Assembly (NCBI GenBank): GCA_021158055.1
Contig: JAGGVJ010000005.1
Coordinates: 1-35,600, forward strand
Reading direction: 5' to 3'
Length of the DNA stretch: 35,600 bases
DNA from: Candidatus Iainarchaeum sp.
GTDB lineage: Archaea; Iainarchaeota; Iainarchaeia; JAGGVJ01
Shown here piece by piece: positions 17,163 to 26,417 of this stretch. The notes under the pieces are model-generated. The model was not told where the DNA came from. It ran no database searches and saw only the letters and a list, made by a program, of their open reading frames with translations. Position 1 is the stretch's first letter; the number at the start of each line of letters is the position of its first letter. Made by a program: the position numbers and the translations under genes.

Positions 17163-18925
17163 GCATGCTGAAAAATTTCAAAGCGCTGAAAAGCTTCAAA
17201 GTTATTTTTTTGATGGTACTTTTGCTGTTTTCAGTCACAGTGATTGCCGTGAAAGGCCTTGAGTTCGGAATTGATTTCAAGGGAGGGACAATGTTCAAGA
17301 TGCATTTTGAAAAAGCACTGACTCCCGAGCAAATGAACGAAGTCAAAAGCACCCTTGAGCAAAGGCTTAACTGGTCGGGTTTAATGGACCTTGACGTAAA
17401 GCCGTGGGGCGACGAGTATGTCCTGATTAACATTGCGGAAACAGACCCTGAAAAAGTGGAAAAAATAGAATCTGTTTTAAGCAAGCAGGGAAAATTCGAA
17501 ACCGCTTTCAACGGCAAAGTGATCTATGACGGAAAAAGCATTATGGACATGCCGTCCGGCGTGCAGAGCGGTTACGGGATAAAACAGGGAGGAAATTTGT
17601 TTGTTGCAACCCTGCCTTTTTCAATTGATTTTGACGCCGCAAAAGCTTTTGCAGAAGCCGCTTACCACACCTGCGAACACGCGGGAATGGGTTCTGACGG
17701 CAAACCGGTTTACGACTGCCCGAGTATCTTTCTTTTCCTTGACAGGCCGAAAGACGCTGTTTTGGTGATGGGCGAAGAATTGTTTGAGACGGAATCAATC
17801 ACCTATTCGGTTCCGGGAAGCGAGTCGACTGAAGTGCTGATAGATGACATAAAAGAAAATTCCGAGAGTGAAATAGTTGTCATTGAAGACACTGACGCAA
17901 ACGTTTCAGCTGAAATTTTAAGCGAGCTTGAGATGCTGTTTGAGGACGGCAGGACTTTGGCAGTGGTTCCGGAAGGAACTTCTGAAAACGTGACAGATTC
18001 CCTTGCCGAGATAGGATATGATGTCCGCGAAGTCCCGAAGACGGGAGAGTACTGGTTGTGGGACGCAACAGGTTTGAAATCCGTGATGAGTATCGGAGAA
18101 GGGCTTGCAAACATGAGTCAGAAAGACAAGTCTTCAATGCAGGTGTACCAAAAGCTGGTCATTACAATGACCAATTCAACGCTTGAAGGCGCCAACCAAG
18201 AGCTTGACAGCATGAGGATTCTTCTGAAATCAGGTTCGCTTCCGCTGCGCGTTGAATCCATTGACAAGGATGTCATTTCACCCGCGCTCGGGCGCGAGTT
18301 CCTTTCAAACGCGATGGTTGCGGGAATTGCGGCAATTCTTGCAGTCGCGTTCGTGTTGTTTTTGAGGTACAGGAGAATCATTTTAACTATCCCGATGATG
18401 TTTACTGCCTTAAGCGAAGTGGTCATCATTATGGGTTTTGCTGCCCTTACCGGGTGGAACCTTGACTTGGCGGCAATTGCCGGAATAATAGCCGCTGTCG
18501 GAACCGGTGTCGACGACCAGATCGTAATCACTGACGAGCTCATGCGCGGGGAAAGAAAAACAGGGGTGAGAAGCATTTTGGGCAAGGTAAAAAACGCGTT
18601 TTTCATTATTTTTGCAGCTGCCTCAACCACAATCGCGGCAATGTTCCCAATAGTGTTTATTGGTCTTGGAATGGGCAAGCTTGTCGGGTTTGCTACAGTG
18701 ACAATTTTTGGGGTTCTTGCGGGCGTGTTTGTGACAAGGCCAGCGTTTGCAGAAATCATGAAAGAAGTGGCTTACAACGAACTTTTCAGGAGAGGCGAAA
18801 AACCTGCTGAAGTTGAAGTGAGCAAGAAACCTGCTGAAGTTGAAGTGAGCAAGAAACCTGCTGAAGATGACGACGAAGCTGTTGAAGATGACAAAGCAGG
18901 CAAGGAATCCTCTGAAAAGCAGTAG
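17159..18925 (+). CDS. secD: Protein translocase subunit SecD
   Basis: GIDFKGG, LKSGSLP, SPALG, GTGVDDQIVI, AAxTT; ATG 17159 overlaps the secF stop (ATGA). Confidence 0.93.
   Translation: MSMLKNFKALKSFKVIFLMVLLLFSVTVIAVKGLEFGIDFKGGTMFKMHFEKALTPEQMNEVKSTLEQRLNWSGLMDLDVKPWGDEYVLINIAETDPEKVEKIESVLSKQGKFETAFNGKVIYDGKSIMDMPSGVQSGYGIKQGGNLFVATLPFSIDFDAAKAFAEAAYHTCEHAGMGSDGKPVYDCPSIFLFLDRPKDAVLVMGEELFETESITYSVPGSESTEVLIDDIKENSESEIVVIEDTDANVSAEILSELEMLFEDGRTLAVVPEGTSENVTDSLAEIGYDVREVPKTGEYWLWDATGLKSVMSIGEGLANMSQKDKSSMQVYQKLVITMTNSTLEGANQELDSMRILLKSGSLPLRVESIDKDVISPALGREFLSNAMVAGIAAILAVAFVLFLRYRRIILTIPMMFTALSEVVIIMGFAALTGWNLDLAAIAGIIAAVGTGVDDQIVITDELMRGERKTGVRSILGKVKNAFFIIFAAASTTIAAMFPIVFIGLGMGKLVGFATVTIFGVLAGVFVTRPAFAEIMKEVAYNELFRRGEKPAEVEVSKKPAEVEVSKKPAEDDDEAVEDDKAGKESSEKQ
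18800..18866. repeat. 27-bp coding tandem repeat (KPAEVEVSK) x2.5 in the SecD tail
   Basis: AAACCTGCTGAAGTTGAAGTGAGCAAG repeated exactly. Confidence 0.9.
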
Positions 18926-18954
18926 GGTGTAACAATAACAGGAACAACTGCCAG

Positions 18955-19644
18955 CTAGCCGATGTTGAACGTTATGCCTTTTCCGGTGACTGTGTAGCTT
19001 ATTTTGGATTCGTTTATTTTTGAAGACTCCATTCTTTTCACAGCGAGTTTTCTCGGGGACTCGAAAAAGGTTTCAATTGTCCCGTCTGTTGCGTGTTCAA
19101 TGAGTTTTTCGTCTTTTTCGTCAAAAATTCCTTTTTGAAGAATAGCAATAGCGACTCCGCGCCCGTTGTTCACCTTGTTTTGGAGAGCGCGCATAAATTT
19201 GAATGCCTCTGCCGGAGAGCTGTTCACCATGAGAGTCGATACATCGTCCACCAGGATTATTCCGCCCCAGTCAGGTTCTTTTTCAAGGACAAAGTCAAGC
19301 TTTTCAAGCACTTTGTTTGGGTCGCTTGGGTTTTTCACCAGATTGATGTGGTCGTTTTTGACTTCTTCGTTTCCTGAACAGTCCACGAAATAAATGCTTC
19401 TTGGGTGTTTTTTGAAGTCCCAGCCGAATTCATTCATTTTTTTGACGATTTTCATTGCGTTTTTTTCAAAGTTTATGATGATGAGCCGTTGGCCGTTTAA
19501 AACAGATTTGAAAGCAATCTGCATGGAAAGAATTGATTTTCCTGTCCCGTGAGGTCCGCAGACAAGAACGGTTTTCCCTCTTGGTATGCCGCCGCCAAGC
19601 ATTGCGTCAAGTGCGGCTATTTCTGTTTCTAAATATTCCAACAA
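18955..19644 (-). CDS. Single-domain KaiC/RAD55-like RecA-superfamily ATPase
   Basis: LDAMLGGGIP, Walker A GPHGTGKS, FGWDF, ILVDD, DGTIE. Confidence 0.85.
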   Translation of the reverse strand: MLEYLETEIAALDAMLGGGIPRGKTVLVCGPHGTGKSILSMQIAFKSVLNGQRLIIINFEKNAMKIVKKMNEFGWDFKKHPRSIYFVDCSGNEEVKNDHINLVKNPSDPNKVLEKLDFVLEKEPDWGGIILVDDVSTLMVNSSPAEAFKFMRALQNKVNNGRGVAIAILQKGIFDEKDEKLIEHATDGTIETFFESPRKLAVKRMESSKINESKISYTVTGKGITFNIG

Positions 19645-19867
19645 AACACCTTTCAGATTCTTTTTATTATTTTGAGTTTATCTATTATATTGAACACAGT
19701 TTGAATTTAACATTTGGTTTTTAAATTGTTTTTTCCATTATTTTCCGTTAAATTAAAATGATTCGTGTTTATTTATTACTTATGTTTAAATATAGCGGGC
19801 TTACGGATAAATTTATGTATAATATAACAAATTATATAATAAGTTGTGAACAGCGAGTTGGATTGAC

Positions 19868-20569
19868 ATGGAACGAGTTTCTACCGGAATAAAGGGATTG
19901 GACGAAATAATCGGCGGCGGGTTTTTGAAGGGTTCAACCACGTTTTTAACAGGGCCGTCAGGTTCAGGCAAATCAATCTGGTCAATGCAGTTTTTGACAA
20001 TGGCTGCGCTTGAGTCCGACGAGAGCGGGATATACATTCCTTTTGATGAAACAACCCGAAACATCACGCAGTCAAGTTGCAATTTTGACTGGAAAATAAA
20101 CGACCTTGCAGAACGCAACAAGGTTGTGATTTACAGGCTGAAACCTGTTGACCTTCACAACTTTGACCCTGACAAGATAGAAAACAATCTGTTGAACAGA
20201 CTTGCATCAGTCATAAAAAAGATAGATGCGACACGCCTGGTGCTTGACTCAATGCTTCCCATAATGCTTCGCATGCAAGACGAGCCGCATAAGTTCTACG
20301 CCATCCTCCAGTATATCACAGACGCGACAAAAGAGGTCAATGTCACGAACATGTTGCTTGCGCCGCAAATGGGCTGTTCTCTTTGCGAAACCGCCCTGAA
20401 GGTAGCCGCTGATAACATAATAGAGCTTTCCTTTGAACCGAAAGGAAACTCTTTTGTCAGGTGCTTTTCAATAAAAAAAATGAAGGGCTTAGACCACCCT
20501 CTTGGAAAACAATGCTTTTCAATAGGAAAAAAAGGAATAACAGTTGACCCTGGAAAAAAGTTCATTTAA
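19868..20569 (+). CDS. Single-domain KaiC/RAD55-like RecA-superfamily ATPase
   Basis: RVSTGIKGLDEIIGGG, Walker A GPSGSGKS, RLVLDS, KMKGxxH. Confidence 0.88.
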   Translation: MERVSTGIKGLDEIIGGGFLKGSTTFLTGPSGSGKSIWSMQFLTMAALESDESGIYIPFDETTRNITQSSCNFDWKINDLAERNKVVIYRLKPVDLHNFDPDKIENNLLNRLASVIKKIDATRLVLDSMLPIMLRMQDEPHKFYAILQYITDATKEVNVTNMLLAPQMGCSLCETALKVAADNIIELSFEPKGNSFVRCFSIKKMKGLDHPLGKQCFSIGKKGITVDPGKKFI

Positions 20570-21282
20570 TTTTTTTGATCTTGTCCTTTTTTGTCTGCTT
20601 TCTGCTTTTCCCAGCTTATTTTTTCTGTTTTGTTCAAAAACAAGTACCAGCAAAAAAGCACAAAAAACGCTGTCAACACCCAGGTTTGCTCGTGAAGAAA
20701 CAGCACCGTGTCTTTTTCAAACATGCCGCTGCTTAAGATTACGACGCTTATTCTCAACGCGTTGAAAAAAAAGATAACAGGCAAAAAAGCAATTGACAAA
20801 ATTTTTTCTTTTGAAGTTGAAGGGTAAGTGAGGATAAGCGCTGCAAAAATAGACATTGACACGACTCCGGTGCAGAGCTGAATGATTGAAAAGTCAAAAC
20901 CGCCAAACAGTATTGATGTTCCGGCAAGCGCTGCTTTTGGCTCGACAATGCTTACAAAAAAATGAACAGTGGCTGCAACCGCTTTTTTCAGCGGTTCAAG
21001 TTCAATAGACGTTGTGAGAAAGTAAAGCACCAAAAACACTGAAAAAAACCTTGCTATTACCACGGAGTTTTTTATTGAAGTGTTTTTTAACAGGGGCTGT
21101 TTTGCGTTGTTTTTTACAGAATCTTTTGTGTTGCCGGCTGCCGGGTGTTCAGCTTTGCCTGCTGTGGGGTGTTTGGCTTTGCCTGCTGTGGGGTGTTTGG
21201 CTTTGCCTGCTGTGGGGTGTTCAGCTTTGCCTGCTGCGGATTGTTTCCCGGTATTTTCCTGTTGTCTGCCGTTCATTGCCAT
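20566..21282 (-). CDS. Exosortase/archaeosortase family protein
   Basis: IIQLCTG (Cys), FNALRI (Arg) and FLHE (His) within a TM bundle; ATG 21282 overlaps the carS TAA. Confidence 0.8.
   Translation of the reverse strand: MAMNGRQQENTGKQSAAGKAEHPTAGKAKHPTAGKAKHPTAGKAEHPAAGNTKDSVKNNAKQPLLKNTSIKNSVVIARFFSVFLVLYFLTTSIELEPLKKAVAATVHFFVSIVEPKAALAGTSILFGGFDFSIIQLCTGVVSMSIFAALILTYPSTSKEKILSIAFLPVIFFFNALRISVVILSSGMFEKDTVLFLHEQTWVLTAFFVLFCWYLFLNKTEKISWEKQKADKKGQDQKN
21143..21236. repeat. 24-bp coding tandem repeat (AGKA[E/K]HPT) x4
   Basis: GGGTGTT(CA/TG)GCTTTGCCTGCTGTG units in the sortase N-terminus. Confidence 0.9.
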
Positions 21283-21821
21283 TACCACGGCACTTTTTTT
21301 AGTTTTAGCTTGAATGCAAGCATGTTTGTTGCAATGTGAATCGGCGGTGTCATAATTACAGCTGTCGCAATGATTGTTATGCTCCAGATCTGGCCAAACC
21401 CGAGCAGATGCAGCGGCAGAGTGAATGCAATGGCCCCGGCTATGAAGTCAAGCTGGTCAAGAATAAACACAGGCTCTCCGCTTTTAATGTTTGTTCTCCT
21501 TTTTATGAAGCTTCCGGCAATGTCTCCGAAAATCGCGCCGGAACACATCAGCAAACCGATAACCGCGACTTCACTCACCGGCCGCACAGGGTTTGCAAAA
21601 TTCAGGGCAAGCGCAACCAAAAACCCCGCAAGCACCCCGAAAAAGCTCCCGGAAAAGGTTTTCCCGTCTCCGAATATGCGTTTTCCGTCGCTCCATTTCC
21701 TGCCAAAGTCAATGGGTTTCCACCCACCAAACACAATGGCTGCCGAGTTTGAGACATAAGCGGGAAATATCAGCAAAAAAGTGTCAAAAATTAAGATTAT
21801 TATTCCGGAAATTTCCATCAA
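21282..21821 (-). CDS. carS: CDP-archaeol synthase
   Basis: PAYVxN, PIDFG...DGKRIFGDGKT, GDxxGSFIKRR, LDQLDF, K.VPW C-terminus. Confidence 0.93.
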   Translation of the reverse strand: MMEISGIIILIFDTFLLIFPAYVSNSAAIVFGGWKPIDFGRKWSDGKRIFGDGKTFSGSFFGVLAGFLVALALNFANPVRPVSEVAVIGLLMCSGAIFGDIAGSFIKRRTNIKSGEPVFILDQLDFIAGAIAFTLPLHLLGFGQIWSITIIATAVIMTPPIHIATNMLAFKLKLKKVPW

Positions 21822-21965
21822 AACACAACTTTATAATGTATGGTATATCTTTATTTTACAACAAACACAATTTGGTTGTTGCCACATAAATAAGATGGTT
21901 GTTACAATAAATATATGTTTTTGGTTTAAAAGTTGCAATGTTGTTTGTTTGTCGAGAGTGGTTTG

Positions 21966-22880
21966 ATGCAAAAGTTGTTTTGGGTGTTTTTGGGTATTTT
22001 TTTTCTGGCAATAGCGATAGGGATTGTTTTTTCCGTGGTTGCTGAGATGAACCGCATTGAATTCCCTTCTTCAACGGGCGCGGTTGCCGTGATCACTATC
22101 AAGGGAGATATATTTTCAGAGTCCTCTGACAGCTTGTTTGCCTATGACTCTGCCTCCGCAAACAGGATAATTCCGCTGCTTGAAAAAGCAGATTCGGATC
22201 CGTCAATAAAAGCTATTTTTCTGGACATAAACACACCAGGCGGTTCTGTAGTTGCATCTTCCCGCATTGAGAAAAAAATAAGTTCAGTTGAAAAACCCGT
22301 TGTCGTGTGGATGGATGAATCAGCCACGTCCGGCGGGTATTACGTGGCAAGTGCTGCCGATTACATATACGCTGACGAAAACACCATTACCGGAAGTATC
22401 GGTGTGATTTCCTCGTTTATGAACATGGAAGAGCTTTTCAGGACCATCGGCGTGAAAATGAATGTGATGACTTCCGGCGAACACAAGGCAATGGGTTCCC
22501 CTTACACCACAATGACTGACAAGGAAAACCAAATGTTTCAGGAAGTGCTTGACGAAATGCACAAAAACTTCAAGGAGCGCATACTTGCGAACAGAAACGG
22601 GAAAATAAGCCGCGAAACCGTCGAAGAAATTGCAGACGGAAGGATAATCCTTGCAACCAAGGCAGTTGAATTCGGCCTTATTGACGAAGTCGGAACAAAA
22701 GAAGACGCAATAAACAAGGCAGCGGAACTTGCAGGCATTAAAGGAAACCCGATTCTTGTTGATTATTCTGTCAGGCCCATTTCTTTTTCAGATTTTTTCA
22801 TGAACGCGGGAACAATGTTTGCAAAAGGAATGATGGGTGAATTTGCAGCCAGTTCAGGTTCCGGGCTTTCAGTGAAATGA
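21966..22880 (+). CDS. sppA: Signal peptide peptidase SppA (S49)
   Basis: N-terminal TM; INTPGG, ATSGGYY, TGSIGV, GEHK, ADGR, GLID. Confidence 0.92.
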   Translation: MQKLFWVFLGIFFLAIAIGIVFSVVAEMNRIEFPSSTGAVAVITIKGDIFSESSDSLFAYDSASANRIIPLLEKADSDPSIKAIFLDINTPGGSVVASSRIEKKISSVEKPVVVWMDESATSGGYYVASAADYIYADENTITGSIGVISSFMNMEELFRTIGVKMNVMTSGEHKAMGSPYTTMTDKENQMFQEVLDEMHKNFKERILANRNGKISRETVEEIADGRIILATKAVEFGLIDEVGTKEDAINKAAELAGIKGNPILVDYSVRPISFSDFFMNAGTMFAKGMMGEFAASSGSGLSVK

Positions 22881-23002
22881 ACTTCAGGGCACTGAATAAG
22901 TTTTAATGATACCTTTTAGTATGCCTTTTTAATTACTTTATTTGTGTTTTGCTGCGCAGAGCCAGTGGGTCTTTTGGTTGAAAGAGGGAAAATGCAGGCA
23001 AG

Positions 23003-24883
23003 GTGTTGTTTTTGAATGTGTTGACTAAATCATTTGTTTTTTTGATTGTTGTTCTCTTTTTGTCCCCTGTTTTTTCAGCGGGCGCATGGTGGGATTCTGG
23101 CTGGGATTACAGGAAACAGGTTACTGTGACTGACACCAGTGGTTCTGATCTGGCTGATTTTCAGGTTTTGGTTGAGTTTAATTCTGCTTCTTTGGTTTCC
23201 GCCGGCACTATGAAGAGTGATTGTGGGGACTTGAGGTTTGCTGACAGTTCCGGCACACAAGAGTTGAGTTACTGGGTTGAGTCGGGTTGCGGCACCACAA
23301 ACACGAAGGTTTGGGTGAAGGTTCCAAGTGTTCCTGCAAACTCTTCAGTTGATATTCACATGTATTACGGCAACGCGGAAGTGGAGAGTGCAAGCGACGG
23401 CGAGGCGACTTTTGAGTTTTTTGATGATTTTGAGGGAACGAGTTTGGATGCCAGTAAATGGGTCAATAGTAAGGGTGTTTCATTGGATACGGTAAATCAT
23501 TATGCAAAAGTTGACGGTATTAGCACTTCAAATAATCAGATTGCTGTTGCTTTAATGTCAAGGAACAAACATGCTTATCCGTTTGTAATGGAGTCAAGGA
23601 CCAAAATAAAAACCGGCGGTTCATATAGTTCATACAATTACCATCATATCGGGACCCGTTCTTGCCAGACCCCAACCTATAGAGGGGATTGCATAAGGGA
23701 TGCATATTACCCTCGCGATACCAGCTGCAGCTGGAATACGAACTTCAGAGTCTATGGAGGCACATCAGTTGCTGGTGTTTTGCCGAAACCAACAGAAGGG
23801 GTTTGGTTTAGAAGCACTGTTCAATTGGCATCCGGTGATAGCAAGGTTATTTTCGGCGGCTCTGTCGCACCCACTGCTGACCCGATAATTGATGTGGATA
23901 ATTATATCTCATTTACAACTCGCTTTTGGGCAGGTGCGCACAATGAACAAATTGGCATTGATTGGACATTCTTGAGAAAGTATGCGTCCACCGAACCGAG
24001 TGTAAGTGTCAGTGTAGAAGGGATGATTAATGCCCCTATTGTTACGGATATCTCATTTGATTTGCCTTCGTTTGAAGTTGGCCAAAGCGTAACTGCAACA
24101 GCCACTGCAACTGATCCAGACGGAAACCCCGTCACTAGCTATGATTTCCGTGTCTTGGATGGTTTGGGAAACGAGGCTTTGAATCCCGCGGCTCAGGGTT
24201 CAGGTGTTTATTCGTTTGTCGCTGAAGGCGAGCCGGGTTTGTGGCAGGTAAGAGCAAAAGCAAGTGATGGTGAGTACTGGGGCGGTGAGTTTTCAAGAGA
24301 AGTGTTTGTGAATGATTCGAGTCTTGCAACTGCAGGTTTGGGTCTGTCTGACGGAGCGCATGACAACACCGAGTTGTCGGAAGGAAAAGTGATTCTTTCA
24401 GGCACGCAGTCAAGCGGGACTTTCACCACAAATGCAATTGAGCCGGTGAATTTCAGCAAGTGGGGTGTCGTGACTTTTTCAAAAACGACGCCTGGAGATT
24501 CAAGGCTTACTGTTGACATATTGGACGCGTCTGATGACAGTGTTTTGGTTTCAAATGTACAAAACGGGCAGAACATTTCAGGCCTTGAAGTTACTGCAAT
24601 TAAGCTGAGGGCAAATTTCACTTCAGGAAGCACTCCGTCTCTGGATTTGTGGGACGTGAGTTATTATACCCAATTCAAAATAACTGTAACTAATTGCTCG
24701 GCTATTTATTCCGGAGACGTCACTGCGGAAGCGGTGAGGGTGAGTGATTCAGAAGAGTTTGGCCTGTTCACCGGCACTGGCGGTCAGGTGTTTGTTGAAG
24801 TGCCGCCCGGGGTGTATAATTTGAAGGCATGTATTCCTGCAAACGAAAAGTGCAACTGGAAGTATAACGTAGAGCTTGCGTGA
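23003..24883 (+). CDS. Secreted DUF2341-domain surface protein (lectin-like middle, Ig-like C-terminal part)
   Basis: Signal peptide; WWDSGWDYRK, DLRF, LSYWVE, VWVKVP, YYGN, FEFFDDF typical of DUF2341; no C-terminal TM. Confidence 0.8.
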   Translation: MLFLNVLTKSFVFLIVVLFLSPVFSAGAWWDSGWDYRKQVTVTDTSGSDLADFQVLVEFNSASLVSAGTMKSDCGDLRFADSSGTQELSYWVESGCGTTNTKVWVKVPSVPANSSVDIHMYYGNAEVESASDGEATFEFFDDFEGTSLDASKWVNSKGVSLDTVNHYAKVDGISTSNNQIAVALMSRNKHAYPFVMESRTKIKTGGSYSSYNYHHIGTRSCQTPTYRGDCIRDAYYPRDTSCSWNTNFRVYGGTSVAGVLPKPTEGVWFRSTVQLASGDSKVIFGGSVAPTADPIIDVDNYISFTTRFWAGAHNEQIGIDWTFLRKYASTEPSVSVSVEGMINAPIVTDISFDLPSFEVGQSVTATATATDPDGNPVTSYDFRVLDGLGNEALNPAAQGSGVYSFVAEGEPGLWQVRAKASDGEYWGGEFSREVFVNDSSLATAGLGLSDGAHDNTELSEGKVILSGTQSSGTFTTNAIEPVNFSKWGVVTFSKTTPGDSRLTVDILDASDDSVLVSNVQNGQNISGLEVTAIKLRANFTSGSTPSLDLWDVSYYTQFKITVTNCSAIYSGDVTAEAVRVSDSEEFGLFTGTGGQVFVEVPPGVYNLKACIPANEKCNWKYNVELA

Positions 24884-24889
24884 TACAGA

Positions 24890-25663
24890 TTACAGCACCA
24901 AAAACAAGTACTGTGCAACAAGCGCACCTGTTAGCGTGCAGAGCAGGTTCACAATCGTATTGTCTATGAACCACCTTTTTTCTATTGTGGCCCCGGCTAT
25001 CGTGTCAATGAGGTTTCCGGTGAAACCGCCCGCAGTAATGGCAATAAAAAGTGCTGCGTTTGATTCTATTTTGGGAAAAGGGCTTATTGAATTCAATCCG
25101 ACAAAAATCGCCGCAACCGCAAGTGCGCCCACAAGACCGGCGCCCATGCCAAGCAGGCTCACAGCCCCGTTTGTTCCGGGTTCAACGCGTTTCAGTCTCG
25201 TGGCGTGAATCGGTTTGCCTTTTGAAAGAACCCCCAGTTCTGAAGAAAGAGTGTCAGCGGTTGCGGCTGCAATCGCGCCTGCAAATGCGACAGGCAGGAA
25301 GTAAATTGCCGCTGTCAACGCGATTATTCCGTTGCCGACAACGTTTGATATCCCGCGGATTCCCTTGTTTTCCTGGCTTGTCTTCATTTCCTCTTTTTGT
25401 TTATACTTGTATTTTGTGGCCGCGTAGGAAACAAGCACAAAAAAAGCAATTGTGGCAAAAGAGACCCACCCGAGAAACCAGGGGATTATGAGCGCCAGCA
25501 CTCCGGAGCCGATTGCCCCAGTGGAGTCAAGTATTTTTTTCTTGTAGGCAATGACAGAAGTTGTTATCGCAGCCCCTATTAATTCAAGAATCAATTGTTT
25601 CACCTTTGCAGCACTCAGTTTTACCTTTGCAGACTTTGCATTTGCGGTTTTGCATGCAAACAC
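24890..25663 (-). CDS. DUF92/TMEM19 (COG1836) membrane protein; start uncertain
   Basis: RGxxNVxGNG, AAATADTLSSELG, VEPGTNGAVSLLG, IDTxxGATIE, NxxVN. Confidence 0.88.
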   Translation of the reverse strand: MFACKTANAKSAKVKLSAAKVKQLILELIGAAITTSVIAYKKKILDSTGAIGSGVLALIIPWFLGWVSFATIAFFVLVSYAATKYKYKQKEEMKTSQENKGIRGISNVVGNGIIALTAAIYFLPVAFAGAIAAATADTLSSELGVLSKGKPIHATRLKRVEPGTNGAVSLLGMGAGLVGALAVAAIFVGLNSISPFPKIESNAALFIAITAGGFTGNLIDTIAGATIEKRWFIDNTIVNLLCTLTGALVAQYLFLVL

Positions 25664-25702
25664 TGCTTGTTTTTGCAGGCAGAATTTCGTGCCAGTGTAG
25701 TT

Positions 25703-26290
25703 TTATTCTTTTTTGACTGCAAGCTCGGTTTTTCTGATTTCAACTCTTCCGACGGGAACCATTTTTTTGGCTTTTTTGTAGATTTCCGCGCCGAGCTTTC
25801 CGAAAATTGCTTCCTGCACTACCTGGTCAGACCTTCTTTTTGTGCCGCGCATCCAGATTTCTTTTTCGGCAAGGGTCCTAAGGCCTTTTTTCTGCTCGGC
25901 AGTAACCTTGTTTTTTGTCACTATCATTGCTTTTACGCGCAGTTTTTCCCCGTCGGTTGTCGGGACTTCCACAACAGCGTTTACCAAAGATTTTTGCCTT
26001 CTTATGTTTCTTTTAAGGTACCCGGGAAGTATTTCATGCCCCACAAGCCGGGTGTATGCTTTTTGCCCTTTGACGTCATACACTTCAAATTTCAGTTTGA
26101 TGTGCGACTTGCTGTAGTCCCCTTTCAGGTCACGCAAAGTGGTTACAAGTCTTCTTCCGATGATCTTGCCTGCGTCGTCTGAAGGTGTTTCACCAAGTTC
26201 AATGCCGTTGAATGATTCCGGTGCAACTATCGTGTACCATTCTTTTTGCTTCCATTTGTCAACTATTTTTTTTGTTCTTTTTTTAGCCAT
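25703..26290 (-). CDS. rps3ae: 30S ribosomal protein S3Ae (eS1)
   Basis: DKWKQKEWYTIVAP, GETP, GR..VTTL.DL.GD, VEIRK; ATG 26290 follows GGTGA. Confidence 0.95.
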   Translation of the reverse strand: MAKKRTKKIVDKWKQKEWYTIVAPESFNGIELGETPSDDAGKIIGRRLVTTLRDLKGDYSKSHIKLKFEVYDVKGQKAYTRLVGHEILPGYLKRNIRRQKSLVNAVVEVPTTDGEKLRVKAMIVTKNKVTAEQKKGLRTLAEKEIWMRGTKRRSDQVVQEAIFGKLGAEIYKKAKKMVPVGRVEIRKTELAVKKE

Positions 26291-26294
26291 AAAT

Positions 26295-26417
26295 TCACCC
26301 TTTAATGCATTTGTCTGCAATAAGCGCGTCGATTTTTTCAAGGGCAACCAAAGTGCCTCTGCATTCAAAAGACCTTGTCTGCGAGTCAATTGAAAGTTTT
26401 GCGCGCACTTTAGTCAT
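26295..26417 (-). CDS. Unannotated 40-aa ORF, possible reduced KEOPS Pcc1
   Basis: MTKVRAKLSIDSQTRSFECRGTLVALEKIDALIADKCIKG*; TAATG overlap with rps15; its stop overlaps the rps3ae SD. Confidence 0.45.
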   Translation of the reverse strand: MTKVRAKLSIDSQTRSFECRGTLVALEKIDALIADKCIKG

